From: Pseudovirgaria hyperparasitica
Lineage: Eukaryota
Assembly (NCBI GenBank): GCA_010093815.1
Contig: ML996566.1
Direction: 5' to 3' (one strand)
DNA length: 64,000 nt
Positions 50,749 through 64,000 of this stretch are shown piece by piece. How positions within the stretch are numbered: position 1 is the stretch's first letter; each line of letters opens with the position of its first letter. The notes beneath the pieces were generated by a model. It saw only the letters and a list, made by a program, of their open reading frames with translations, was not told the DNA's origin and made no database searches. Made by a program: the position numbers and the translations under genes.

Positions 50749-52714
50749 TTAAACTGATGCATCTGGTTCCAGGGCTTTATCCTTAGTCCTGGACTGTGCC
50801 GTCTCTTTCTGCCATCGAGACAGCTTCTTCTCAGTTTTGTAGACCGCTTCTACCAAGTCTTTCAGGGCTACACCGATCTTCTGCGCCGTCTCATAGTAGA
50901 ACAGCTTCTTATGGCCTTCAATATCCTCGATCTTGCGATCTATAGGATATCGCACACCTGGCCGTAATGTAATATTGTCCATGTCAGCTGCTTGCTCATC
51001 TGTCACGGCTCCGACAATTAGCAGCGCTTGTTGTACTGCTCGCAGTCTAGTCAGACCTTGCAGTACCCTATCGGTACTAGCCTTGCTAACTGGAGAGTAC
51101 AGCCCAGAGACTTCTTGATCCAGTGGGAACGGTCTGAATAACTCTGTGCGAAAGTCTGCGTCTTTGTTCTTAACGTCTAGCGTCTCGTTGACCCACGTAC
51201 GCTGATACCAATCCAGGTAATAATCCAGATCATGGTCGGACATTACATAAACGTCTGATTCTTTCAATAGTAACGATTCCGCGTCAGAAAGGCGTGAAGT
51301 TGCATCTGGCGGCTGGTACTGTCTCATGCTCTTGATCCAGACTGACCAATCTATCAATGCACCAGCAGGTTCTGAGGAATGCGTCGGATGGCGAGTTATC
51401 TCATCGAATGGGCATAGGAGCTTTACTGCGATCACAATAAGGGATGCTAATTGCAATTCTGGTATATCAGTTCTCTGGTAACGGCGCGTGCTCACGGCCT
51501 TCGAGTAGTCAAACGTATAGCCGACAAGCTGTGCAAGGCGAGGTACCATAGCATAGACCTCGATGGGTAGAGCTAGAGTTTGCAGCAGTCTGAAGAGAAG
51601 TGGAGGAGTGTTGAGGGGCGGAAAGGTGACTCCATGAACCCTCTCGTACAGAATGGAGAGATCAAGAACTGCTTTCTGTAGGTATGCAGGCTTGAGTGTA
51701 TCCTCTGGCTCGAGCATGCGGCGGTGTGTAGCCGGTAGACGGGTTCTCATGTTTTTCGGGATCAACGAGATTGCGCGGTAGTATTTGAGCTCCCCACGCT
51801 CGATCCATTCGGTGAGATCTCCTAATGTGACAGGAACTCTCAAGCATACAAGACCAATGTAGCATAAGGCAATGGCGTCCATAAGGCTTGGGGTTGTGGT
51901 AGGGTTTCTGCCGTGCCGCCGGAGTCGCGCGTCGTCAAGACCGGCTTCCTGTGGTGTCTTGTCATCTTCTGAGTGTGAGCTGTAAAACTGTGATTCTCCG
52001 TCCGTGTCGGTAGCATCGTCTGGGAGTCGATCGTGGAGTTTGGTCAGGCGCAATTGCCAAAGCTCCCGGATGATAGCCTTTGAGAAGATGATTAGCACAA
52101 ATGCAAGCGCTTAGATGTTGGGCTAAATTCGTCTTTGCGAATCTGTTGACTCTCGAAGTCGAGACGTCCAGGCTTTACCGCAGCTTCCACGTGGAGTGCG
52201 ACTGTCCATCTCCACCGCTCCATCCAATGTTCATCTAACCGGACATATTCATCCAGAGCGGTACACAGCAATGGATGCTACTTACTTCGAGCTTGTCCGG
52301 GAAGCCCTTGTCCTTCATTAATACCCAGGCCCATTTCCTCAATATCAGCTGATAGCATAATAAGTAAAGTTCAAAGGCTTCGCGACCCTCGAGCACTTCG
52401 GAGGCTATTAGCAACAGCACGCTTGGTTATCTATCACTTAACCTACGTTGCCCGTGCAAAACTACCGTTTCTCTCTTCTTCCTCGTGACCTGTCCGGGTG
52501 CAGATTGGGATTCATCGTCTGCACCTGCAATAGGGTCTCCCTTGAAGATTTAAGTCATTGGGACGTGTCGGAGTCACGCGCGATGGCTCACCGAACGCCT
52601 ATGCCCATTCTTGCATAGGTAAAATCCATTTTCCAGAAAATAAGTTCGCGACGGACAATTATCGATGCCACATCTCTGGCCTTTAATGACCTGCGTAAAA
52701 TCGAGCTCATCCAT
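50749..52714 (-). CDS. RRN7: RNA polymerase I core factor subunit Rrn7 (TAF1B-like)
   Basis: N-terminal zinc ribbon CGIDNC...FYLCKNGH, LEGREAFELYLLCYQLILRK, CYIGLVCLRVPVTLGDL; several introns. Confidence 0.78.
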
Positions 52715-53169
52715 AGGCTATGGGTGCGCACTCGACAAAATAATGTCTTGTTGACGTTTGTTGTTGTCTGTAGGCAAAAAGCAGGCCGTGTGCGAAGCAA
52801 GTATAAGGAAAGGCTGGGTGGGCTACCAAGCTTTTTCACGGCCTTCGACAATCGTTCATATTTCGAAAATGAAAGCACTTTCTTAGACAGGACTTTGCAC
52901 ATCTAATCTTAGATTCTTTGGTTTCACTAAAGATTTTGGACACATGTTCGCCAATGGCAGAATTCCGTGCGCGCGATCATATCGCGACAATCAACTCCGC
53001 GAGAGAAGAGGCCCTAACATGCTAGGAGACAAATATGCCCTCAATATCCCATTGATCAATGGTACCCACTTTAAAGTGCATATCATATGATTTTACACAG
53101 CTCACATATCCCCGCTCTCAGCTCTTTGTGCCTCTAACGAATGCTCCCAAAATCCAACACTGGCAAGCT

Positions 53170-53882
53170 TTAACCGCTCTTGGGGGCCTCCTTAGCATCG
53201 ATGGCAGATTCTTCACCCATCGCAGTGAGAACAATCACATCTATCGAGTTAGCATAACTCGAATAGTGCATAGAGGGGAGGAGCGTACTAGTGTCCTTGC
53301 CATCCTCGGTGAACATCTTGTTGATTTTGTCACCGACCTCACCATCCGGGATCTTAACATCGTCCTTGGTAGAGCCATCGTCAGACATGAGGGAAAGAAA
53401 GCCATCATCGGTAACATCAAGCTATTAAGTGTCAGTAGTTGTCTACTGAGAACGATTTCAGAACGTACAAGTTGGTATTCCTGGCGACGGACATTGGGAA
53501 CATCCATATTGTGGGTGGACGGGCAAAGTTCTTCGAGCTTCTTGCCAGTGAAAATATCAATAGCGACAAGATGGACCTTGGCGTGACCGTGCTTTCCGGT
53601 CTTCGAAGTGGACATCTCGACAATCTTGCAAGGGCGCTGCTTGATAACAACGAAGCCGTTCTTCCTCAGAGCGGAGCACTGCTGAGGGTAGGTAGCTGAG
53701 GCACCGGCATCGGCGGACTCGAAGGTGTGTTCATGCTGTAGACCGTTTATTAGTCTTGTGCATGCTCTTTTTGATAACTCTCTTCATGTTATCGCGCATT
53801 TTCGCGACGGGAGGGTGGGGCACATGCGAAAAAGGAAAAGTCGTGAAGGAGACTCGCAACTGACCTGAGCGTCGTCCGCCAT
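53170..53882 (-). CDS. TIF51/HYP2: Translation factor eIF5A
   Basis: [33 protein letters not shown]...[14 protein letters not shown] hypusination motif; 3 introns. Confidence 0.96.
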
Positions 53883-54276
53883 GGTGGGAGATGTAAGATA
53901 GGATTGACGAGGTAATGGGTAGGAGGAAGAGTTGTTTAGGGGACAAAGATGAGGGGAAAAGAGATTCAAAGCCTCAGTCTGAAGTCAGGAAGCGTTGTGC
54001 GGGCTGCAAGCGGGGTGGAGATCAAAAAAATGCCCAGCAGTGGCGGCAAAGGCAGGCTTTCCCACAACGGGTGAGAACACTTGAAGCAACACGCTAACCT
54101 TCCCATCGGCGAAATATAACGCCGTTTAATGCTGACAGCGCGACGTCCTTCCAGTTTGAGCTCTCGTCGAATCGCACTCCAACGACTCCTGCTAATCATT
54201 CTATACTTCTTTTGTGTCAGCATTGTGTCGAGCCCTGACAGTGTCAGTCCAGTGCTCAATAAAGAGGTTAAAGACT

Positions 54277-56436
54277 ATGCAGCTAGGGCGCTTCCCAACG
54301 CAATCTACGCCCAGTGGAATATCTTCACCGCAAGACCGAAGCTACTCTCCCGCGCCACCTCGAAGGCCGCACCAGGCTGGTGGCAGCTTGAGACCTGGTA
54401 TAAACCCTCGATCTTCGTCCCTATCCATAGCTGCGTCGCCGTCTACATCTACCCATAGTCTCTCTTCAACCGTGAAGCAAGCCAATGGATCACAATTGAG
54501 GCGGCAGTTCAACGGCCCTACCTCTGCCGACATCTCTGATCCTCTTTTGGTACTTCAAGAGATAGTTGGTAGTCCATCGAGAAGACAAGCTTTGATCGAT
54601 AAAAATGGCTTCCATGACGTCGGGGTCGAGAGGCCAGTGGGCCTCGAAGAGAACATAGATTTCGGAGGCCTCAGTCTTGAAGCATTCGCAAAGCAAGATT
54701 TTACTAGCCGTCATGTTCCTTTGCATGTACATACTTATAGTGCACACTCAGCCCAAGAATGTACGGTATCGTTTTTCTCGGCCAACTACGTGTTAATGGT
54801 GTCTTAGATGACCAAGAAAGAGACAAGTTCGAAGATCTTCACCGCTCGATATTGGTACTACACGTTGTCGACCTAAGCTAGGTCATTGCTGACAGGAGTA
54901 TAGGCCTGTGACGATGTTCTCAAATCGGTGGAGATATACTTGACGAATTTCCAGACAGACCTGGGAGCTGTTTCAGCAGAAATCGAAACTCTGCAGTCGC
55001 GATCCATGAGCCTGAACATGCAACTTGATAATCGAAGAAAGGTCGAGAAGCTTCTCGGACCGTCAGTTGAAGAGCTTGGAATCCCTCCTGCGGTAGTGCG
55101 CAAAATTTCAGAGGGCGTGATCGATGAAAGCTATTCTCGAGCTCTAATGGAGCTAGAGAAGCGATATAAGGCGTTGATGGGGAAGCCTGACAAGTCTATG
55201 AAAGCGCTTGAAGATGCCAGACCCTTCATATCCAGCTTAACCGACAGGGTAAGGCACTCTTGCAACATTGGATATGGGCCCTACTGACCACTATAGGCTA
55301 TCGAGCGCATACGCGACCACATTGTTGCGCAAGTCAAGGCCATACGATCCCCGAGCATAAACGCCCAGATAATCCAACAGCAAGCATTTCTACGTTACAG
55401 GGACCTATACGCTTTCCTAGCCAAACATCAACCCCAACTTGGGTCTGACATATGTCAAGCGTACGTGAATACGATGCGTTGGTATTATCTGACCAACTTT
55501 ACACGCTATGAGAAGGCACTTGAACAATTAAAGATGCATACAATTGACAAACATGAAGTTCTGGGTCAAGAGGAAACTAATAAGAGGACTAGCTTGTTAA
55601 GTAGCTCACGCACACCCGGGACATCTCACGATTCGTTTGCTTTAGGCCGCCGCATGGAAGTGTTGAGGCATGCTTCTCATGGAGCCCTCACAGCCTATCT
55701 TGCCGAAGAGGATAAATCAAGTCACCACATCGAAGTACCTTTTCGTACATTCAACCTCGCGTTGATCGATAATGCCTCTTTCGAATACACGTTTCTTACG
55801 TCTTATTTCAGCCCTTCGCATTCACATCATACTCTTTCACGAACATTCGTATCTGTGTTTGAGCCCACGTTTGCGTTAGCTCAAGCTCTGACGAAGAAAC
55901 TTATCGAGAATACAACAGATGCGTTTGGAATACTGTTATGCGTACGCCTAAATCAGCATTTCGCATTTGAGTTACAACGGCGCAAAATTCCTGCCGTTGA
56001 AGGATACATCAACGCGACAAATATGCTCCTCTGGCCACGGTTCCAACAGATCATGGATTTGCAATGTGAATCCCTACGTCGTATGAACGTGACGGGGGCA
56101 TCTAGCAGTTTGCTCTCGCCGACCAGCGCTCCCTCGACAGCTCCTCATCCTTTGACACAAAAATTCGCAAGCTTTCTTCAAGGTATAGCTGCTCTCAGTA
56201 GTGAAGCTGGAGATGACGAACCGGTCACAAATAGTTTGACACGGTTACGGAGTGAGTTCGAGGCCTATCTCACCAAACTGAGTAAAGCAATCAATGAACA
56301 AAGGAAAAGGGAGCGGTTTCTATACAACAACTATAGTCTAGTAGGTACCATTCTAGCAGATACCGATGGACGTCTCGCGGGTGAGCTGCGGGCCCATTTC
56401 GAGGCTTTGAAGACCGCCTTCTCTCGAGGCAAATGA
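54277..56436 (+). CDS. VPS52: GARP complex subunit Vps52 (Sac2)
   Basis: FQTDLGAVSAEIETLQSRS, NTMRWYY, LLWPRFQ, PHPLTQ, FLYNNYSL motifs; 3 introns. Confidence 0.88.
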
Positions 56437-56816
56437 TTTCTACAGGTCTCCCAATTCTTCTATTAGATGTTTCATTGGTCGACTCATGGAACGCCGGCGT
56501 TGGATAGATGACTGTCGCTTTCACTAATTTGCGACCTTGTACGACGGCTTGCGCGCACCCACGTTCCAGAATGGCACTCAACATCTTCACTAGTGTCGAA
56601 GGTCGACACTGTGCCTCAAAGCTTCCCTTGGTCGCAAGTTGTAGCTTTGTCAACACCAAGCACGCAATTCCTACTTTGTCTTGCCAACACACCGTTGTTG
56701 CCAACATTGTTGAAAAGCATTATGATGCTTGTCGAACCTTCCAATGATAAAATAAATTTCGTGGTATCGCGAAATCGCGGCTCTAAGATCGCAGGACACG
56801 CTGCCAAAAGTTCACC

Positions 56817-57800
56817 ATGTCATTACTCACCTTCACACCAACAGATGTATCTGTTGAAGAGCACAAGCGTCCTCACAGCGATGTATCATTCTACTCGAAC
56901 AAACGACGTCGTATATCACTAGATCAGTATTCGCCGATTCAAGCCTCAATTACGGCACTCTTGCCAAGTCCGGCTGACCCACGCAAAAGGCGGTATAGTC
57001 TTTTTCGAGGTGGAGGCCAAAGTATTCTACCATCAGCAGACTTGGTCGATATATCGAATGACTTGGCTTACCCATCTGGTCTCGTGGAAGATATAGCTTC
57101 GAAAAGCCATGATCAGTTTCCGACGCGCTCGTCCATTACGACAGTCCGCTCTGTACTACCGCTCCAGTCTGTTGATATCAGCAGATATGACCTTGTCGAG
57201 ATCGGCCTGGCGGCTAGCATCCGCAGCCGTATCACTGACCATTGTCTCCATAGAATCAGACAAGAAAGTATTGACCATGATCTTGTCGAGCAATTCGACC
57301 ACGTTGAGTCTGAAGACAAATACTCCTCAGAACTAGTTGATCTCAACGAGAAGCGCCAATCGACGCAAGTTTCATTGCTTGTGAAGCTGCCGATTTCTCG
57401 GCCGAAGTCTCTCATCATTAAACTCCCCATACCAAGACCGAAATCACTAGTCATCAAGCTATTAGTCTCTATGGAAAAATATCAAGAGTTTAAAAGGGAC
57501 AATACGAAGTCCAATCTACAGCCCTCCGACACTAGCTCCGAAAGTATACACATGGCGACGATATGGACCACGCAAAAATCTTCTCCAGGAATACCATGCA
57601 AGGTCCAGCGGCGAAAGAGAGATCGGCTTATATTCAAACTTGCACCGAATATTAATGCCCACCTTCCTCCTGATGTAGATATCAGCTCGCAAGAAATTCT
57701 CGTGAGTCAACAACCCATAACTTACAAAGAGATGGCTAAAAACTCAGGCCTTCTTCCCAAACCACGTGCAGTGGCCGAGTATCTGCTGCCGTCTAATTAG
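56817..57800 (+). CDS. Hypothetical protein with short internal repeat (LxxKLPIxRPKS)
   Basis: 327-aa ATG-initiated ORF with no recognisable domain. Confidence 0.45.
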   Translation: MSLLTFTPTDVSVEEHKRPHSDVSFYSNKRRRISLDQYSPIQASITALLPSPADPRKRRYSLFRGGGQSILPSADLVDISNDLAYPSGLVEDIASKSHDQFPTRSSITTVRSVLPLQSVDISRYDLVEIGLAASIRSRITDHCLHRIRQESIDHDLVEQFDHVESEDKYSSELVDLNEKRQSTQVSLLVKLPISRPKSLIIKLPIPRPKSLVIKLLVSMEKYQEFKRDNTKSNLQPSDTSSESIHMATIWTTQKSSPGIPCKVQRRKRDRLIFKLAPNINAHLPPDVDISSQEILVSQQPITYKEMAKNSGLLPKPRAVAEYLLPSN

Positions 57801-58490
57801 CAACGGTTATACAGCGTCTGATCTCTCTTCAATGTTGGCAAGTACATCGGATCGTTGCTATACCACCCGTCGATATGCTGACTCGTAGCAGAACTGGCAC
57901 CGGAATGATGGCTGCCTCACTCGACAGTGCGCATCGTCGATATTAAGGAAGCCTACCTGCGGTCGGCGTCATGAGAATACGAGCGCAGCCGCCAGACATG
58001 TCCACAAGTCCAACAAAGATATATCCACAACGCGCCTTACACCTCCACGGGATGTGCCTCCTGCATCGCGCACTTTCCCACTACTTGCTTCCCTTGCTCA
58101 GGGAGTCACACACTGGCCGTTAGGAATCGAAGCACGGACGCTCACTTGGGCGATAAAGTTTTCTGTGGCGAATCCCGATCTGTGTCTAACTGTCAAAGAT
58201 GTGAAATGGATTGTGGGCGGACACTTTCTAAGATACAGGGGTAACATGGAAGCAAGGATCAGACCACTTGGTCCGCAAAATGTAGACAAAGTGACCCTGA
58301 CAGAATGGAGACATAGAGGCGGGAGATTGACGGAAAATGAAGGAGGGCGACATCTATCAAGCGGCTATACACTGAAGCCAGGAAACATTTGTCAGTTGGC
58401 TCAGCATCGGAAGATCACAAATGATTTTGCGCCAGATTGAGCCCTTATCAATACGTACAAGCGGACAAGATAGAGGGATAAGGGTCCTGA

Positions 58491-59416
58491 TCACTGCGCC
58501 GTAAAACCTCCATCCACTGTGAGTCCTTGTCCACACATCCAGGAGGCATCATCACTAGCTAGGAAAACTGCTGCACCAGTCAGATCTTTCGGCCTTGCAT
58601 ACCCGCCCAGCGGATGCAAAGTGCTATAATGTAAGGCCACGGGCTTGTTTTTCATAAAATCATCAGTCATCGCACTCATAGTAACTGAATGCACGTTTAG
58701 CTCTAGCTTCAGCATGTTATAACCTCACAGAAACTTACAACCGGGACATAATGCATTAACACGAATCTTATGCTTTGCGCACTCAAGTGCCGCGGACTTC
58801 GTCAAGCCCATGACGGCATGCTTGCTCGCCACGTAGCAAGCACTCCCGGCGACGCCGACTAAGCCGAAAATTGAGGCTGTGTTCACAACACAGCCACGAT
58901 CTCCGTTAAGATGAGGTTCTTGTGCAAGCATCTGCCTCACAGCGTGCTTCAGGCCCAGAAAGACCCCTTTCGTGTTGACGTTCAGAGTTGTCTCGAGGTT
59001 CGACAGCGATTGCTCCCATAATGGCATAGGGTGCGATGCCTCAGATGCAATGCCGGCGTTGTTGACCATACTGCTGCGACTTAGACAAAAGCAGCGAGTA
59101 TGGCGAATCGACAATCGATGAATGAAACCTAGGCTTACATATCAAGTCGTCCGAATTCTTCCACAGCTTGCCTAATTAAGGCTTCTACCTCTTCTTCGCT
59201 TCTCACGTCACACTTTACAAATATCGCCTTGCCGCCATCCTTGATGATAAATTCGTGAGTGCTAATGTCTTGCTCGGACTTGTCCTTTGCCTTGGCGTTT
59301 ATGTCAGAGCAAACGACAAACGCCCCTTCCTCGTGATACCTCAGAGCGATAGCTCTCCCAATCCCACTGCTTGCGCCGGTGACGATGGCGACCTTTAATT
59401 CGAGACGGCCAGTCAT
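58491..59416 (-). CDS. Classical short-chain dehydrogenase/reductase (3 exons)
   Basis: VTGASSGIG, MVNNAG, YVASK, IRVNALCPG, VDGGFTAQ. Confidence 0.92.
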
Positions 59417-60295
59417 GCTGAAAAGCTATGGGTGTTCTGATGTATGAAGAGGGGATAGTGAACAAAAAATAAACAGGAGACTGGAAATGTATAGGTTGAT
59501 GTGGTGGGATTGTTTGACAGTCTGTATACCGGTATATTGGACCCGAGGTAGACGGTCGGCCAGTCAAACCATACGTTTACCGGAAATGGGCATAGTGCAC
59601 CAAGTACAGTATTTTGATAGCCATATGTCCTGTGGATGGATAAGAATAACAGACGATATTGTTTGCGGCTTACGATATCCCGCGATTTGAAGTCATTGCT
59701 GTCAGTAGCATGTATTCCCCAGCTACGTACAACAACTAGGATGTTCGGAATTGGAACACTCGTATTGCGGGGTAATTATTGACGCCCTTGATAGGTGACG
59801 TAGACGGTTCGTTCTATGAGGCGCATGACTAATGCGAAGAACGAAACAGGACTACAGCTGACCAGAGGCACATCGAAGGAGGACTACAGCTTTGGACGAC
59901 GAAAGCGACCTAGGAGAATGGCCTAAATTTATCCAATCAACACTAGTAATAATTACTCGCCGCAAGCGTTACTGCTTTCTCTGAATCACATGATCCGATC
60001 CTGTCGGGTCCCTGGGCTAACTTCTCGAGCGCATCCCCGGAACGGACTTCGCCTACCTGCGAACTGGTGATAAGCGGCTCTCGCCAATCTCTGATTCGTT
60101 TGTGTTTCTATATCCGGACATCTCAAGCCTACATTTACTCGTTTGCCTCTGAGGCTTCATAGAATAGCTCAACCACCCCACTTGCTCCATCGTCAGACGC
60201 AGGCTCTCTTCATTCCACTTGACACACTTCTGTTTACCACCCTTTTCCTTCTCCACGTGCATTTGATACTTGATAACGCCAACGTGGTTGTGGTT

Positions 60296-63200
60296 ATGGC
60301 ACCAAGTCTCATAGAGCCAGCTGTCTCTAGTGAGGCGATACAGTCTCTGCAGTCGATCACGTCCGTATATGATGATACCCTCCGGTTCTATCTCAATGGT
60401 ACGCCTGTAATCTTGGACACCGCAGATCCAGAAGTCACTCTGCTAGAATACCTTCGGGGTATCGGACTCACGGGGACAAAGCTTGGATGCGCCGAGGGGG
60501 GTTGTGGAGCATGCACAGTAGTAAGTCTTGAAGCAGAAGGAAGACTCACTCCGGACATCTACTGATAGATGCATAGGTCATATCACAATATAATCCTACA
60601 ACGAAAACCATCTACCATGCGTCCGTGAATGCGTGTCTTGCACCCCTCGTCAGTGTCGACGGCAAACATGTTATAACCGTAGAAGGAATAGGAAGCGTGA
60701 AGAAGCCTCATCCGGCCCAGGAAAGAATAGCAAAGAGTAATGGCAGTCAGTGCGGGTTTTGCACACCAGGAATAGTCATGGTAGGGTATCCGTAAACAAC
60801 AATTGACGATAGGGTCTGACAAGCGCCCAGAGTCTATACGCTCTTCTACGTAACCATCCTAATCCCAACGAACACGATGTCGAAGAAGCGTTCGATGGGA
60901 ATCTTTGTAGATGTACAGGATACAGGCCGATATTGGATGCGGCACAGAGTTTCAGCGTGAAAACAATGTGCGGGAAAGCTTCTAGAAATGAAGGTACCGG
61001 ATGTTGCATGAACAAGGGGAGTGGAGGCGGTTGTTGCAAAGACGGCGCCGACGGCATTAATGGAGACATGAAGTCAGTCAAGAAGTTTACACCGCCAGAT
61101 TTCATCCAATACAAGCCAGAGACAGAGCTCATCTTTCCAGTAAGGTTACGGAAACACGAATTCAAGCCTCTAGCTTTCGGGAACAAGCGCAAGAAGTGGT
61201 ACAGACCAGTCACATTGCAACAACTACTAGAAATTAAAAGCGTATATCCATCTGCCAAACTTATAGGAGGTAGCACTGAGACTCAGATCGAGGTAAAGTT
61301 CAAGGCCATGCAGTATTCCGTATCGGTTTATGTCGGAGACATCCCAGAATTAAGGCAATACCACTTTGAGGAGGATCATCTCAAGATAGGCGGAAACGTT
61401 GCGCTAACGGATCTGGAGAATATCTGCAGAGAAGCGATCAAGCACTACGGTGAGGTTCAAGGACAGCCGTTCGCGGCAATGCTCAAGCAGCTGCGATATT
61501 TTGCAGGACGTCAAATCCGAAATGTCGGTACGCCAGCAGGCAATCTAGCTACAGCATCGCCAATCTCTGATCTCAACCCGGTGTTTGTTGCTACGAATGC
61601 TGTACTCATCGCTAAATCTTTGGATAAGACGACTGAGATACCAATGACGCAGTTCTTCAAAGGCTATCGAACAACAGCACTCCCTCCAGACGCCATTATC
61701 GCAAGTATACGAATTCCTACGGCCCGTAGTGAAGGCGAGTATATCCAAGCCTACAAGCAAGCCAAGAGGAAAGATGATGACATTGCGATCGTGAATGGTG
61801 CACTACGTGTGTCGCTTGACAAGTCCCACACCGTCGAGGGCACCAGTCTTATCTATGGAGGTATGGCGCCAACAACAGTCCCCGCTCGTAAGACTATGGA
61901 GTACCTACACGACAAGAAATGGACAGAATTGGCTACTCTTGAAGGTGCTATGAACGCGCTCGAAAAAGACTTTGACCTTCGGTTTGGCGTCCCAGGCGGC
62001 ATGGCAACCTACCGCAAGTCTTTAGCGCTAAGCTTTTTCTACAAGTTCTATCATGAAGTACTCTCGAAGCTCGGCGCTGCGGAGGGCGAAGTCGACACAC
62101 AAGCGGTTGGAGAGATCGAACGAGATATTTCCAGGGGGGAGAAGGACCACAGCGCCGGTAAAGCTTACGAGCAGAAGATTCTGGGGACGGAAAGACCACA
62201 TGTGGCAGCGATGAAGCAGTGCACTGGCGAAGCCCAATACACGGACGACATTCCTGTGCAAAAGAATGAGCTTTATGGAGTCATGGTGCTCTCAACCAAA
62301 GCACACGCCAGGCTTCTGGATGTTGATCCTTCACCTGCACTTGATTTACCTGGTGTAGTAGAGTGGGTTGACCACCGAGATTGCGCAACACCAGAATCAA
62401 ATCGGTGGGGTGCGCCAGTCTGCGATGAGGTCTTCTTTGCGGTCGATGAAGTGTTTACTGCCGGTCAGCCGATTGGTATGATCCTTGCAGATACTGCGAA
62501 ACATGCCGAAGCAGCAGCCCGCGTTGTCAAGATCGAGTACGAGGAGCTACCTGCTATATTCTCAATCGAGGAGGCGATCGAGAAGGAAAGCTACTTCGAC
62601 CATTTCAAGGAGATTAAGACAGGCGACACAGAAAAGGCTTTCGCGGAAGCTGACCACGTGTTTACTGGAATCGCGCGTATGGGTGGTCAAGAACACTTCT
62701 ATCTTGAAACGCAAGCCTGCTGCGTGGTACCAAAGCCTGAGGACGGTGAGCTGGAAGTTTTCAGTAGCACCCAGAATCCAGCAGAGACGCAAGCATATGT
62801 TGCGAAGCTCTGTGGAGTGCAGGCCAATAGAGTCGTAACGCGTGTCAAGCGTATGGGTGGAGGTTTCGGCGGTAAAGAGACAAGATCCGTCCAGCTCGCT
62901 GGTATATGCGCTACAGCTGCGAACAAGACGCGTCGTCCAGTGCGATGTATGCTCAACAGAGACCAAGATATCATGACCTCCGGGCAGCGGCATCCTTTCC
63001 TGGGACGGTGGAAGGTTGCTGTTAACAAGGACGGAAGGATCCAAGCCATGGACTGCGATATTATCAACAACGGCGGCTGGAGTCAGGATCTCAGTGGTGC
63101 CGTAGTCGAGCGAGCTCTATCTCACTCAGATGGTGTATACAAGTTTCCGAATATGTGGGTTCGCGGACGTGTCGCAAAGACCAATACCGTCTCCAACACA

Positions 63201-64000
63201 GCCTTCAGAGGTTTCGGTGGCCCACAAGGAATCTTCATATGTGAGTCAATGATGGTAGAAGTCGCGGATCACATGAAGATTCCTGTCAACAAGCTACGCG
63301 AACTCAACATGTACAAGTCCGGTGATAAGACTCACTTCAACCAGGAACTCAAGGACTGGTTTGTACCCCTAATGTGGGATCAAGTCAAGCAAGAATCTGA
63401 TTACGAGCGTCGTGAACGTGAAGTCGAGAAATTCAATGAGACGCACAAATGGAACAAGCGCGGCCTTGCTCTCATCCCAACAAAGTTTGGTATCTCCTTC
63501 ACTGCGCTTTTCCTGAACCAAGCCGGTGCTCTCGTCCATATCTATCATGATGGCTCCGTCCTGCTCGCTCACGGCGGCACCGAGATGGGCCAAGGCCTGC
63601 ATACTAAAATGATCATGATAGCAGCTGAAGCCCTCGGCGTCCCGCAGGATAATGTCTTCATTTCCGAGACCGCAACGAACACAGTCGCGAACACTTCATC
63701 AACTGCTGCTTCTGCGTCCAGCGACCTTAATGGTTATGCTATTTGGAATGCCTGTTCAGAACTCAACAAGCGTCTCGAGCCGTATCGAGAGAAACTAGGT
63801 AGGGACACACCAATGAGTAAACTTGCCCACGCAGCATACTTTGATCGCGTCAACTTGTCCGCCCAGGGCTTCTATAAGACACCCGAGATTGGATATGTAT
63901 GGGGCGCAAACAAGGGCATGATGTTCTACTACTTCACACAGGGTGTCTCCGCCGCCGAAGTTGAGATCGACACGCTCACGGGTGATTGGACGTGCCGGCG
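60296..64000 (+). CDS. hxA: Xanthine dehydrogenase (3'-partial)
   Basis: 2Fe-2S motifs [37 protein letters not shown] domain AGRQIRNVG; Moco motifs GGGFGGKE and [10 protein letters not shown]. Introns near 60521-60577 and 60781-60830; frame stays open to the window end. Confidence 0.95.

Noticed and set aside
59990..60280. UaY-type purine-induction site upstream of xanthine dehydrogenase
   Set aside because: No exact TCGG-N6-CCGA found; only an everted CCGA-N5-TCGG and a few GATA elements, too weak to call.

Overview
Eukaryotic, intron-containing DNA from a filamentous ascomycete (Dothideomycete-like by inference), with about 25 protein-coding genes. Most are conserved housekeeping genes: Spc24, Fis1, a RING-H2 E3 ligase, Dicer-like 2, palmitoyl-protein thioesterase, an L1-domain ribosome biogenesis factor, Tos4-like FHA factor, ubiquitin-L40, Rrn7, eIF5A, Vps52 and xanthine dehydrogenase (runs off the right end). 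The main signal is a compact five-gene secondary-metabolite cluster at about 14.7-31.8 kb. It encodes an MFS transporter, a 2OG-Fe(II) oxygenase, a PLP threonine-aldolase-family enzyme, a Zn2Cys6 regulator and an NRPS-first hybrid megasynthase (A-T-KS-AT-KR-ACP-R). The synthase has the domain order of swainsonine SwnK and a bacterial modular-PKS-like sequence. Its A-domain pocket reads DILQLGLVW(K), essentially the bacterial glycine code, which fits the neighbouring putative glycine-supplying aldolase. A TCGG(A/T)GCGGG motif occurs upstream of all four structural genes. The product is inferred, not known: probably a small glycine+malonate amino-hydroxy-aldehyde or pyrroline/pyrrolidine. The first ~7 kb is compositionally distinct (very GC-rich codons, microsatellite-rich spacers) and contains an assembly gap. 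No rRNA, tRNA, CRISPR or intact transposon was recognised. Exon boundaries were read by eye.
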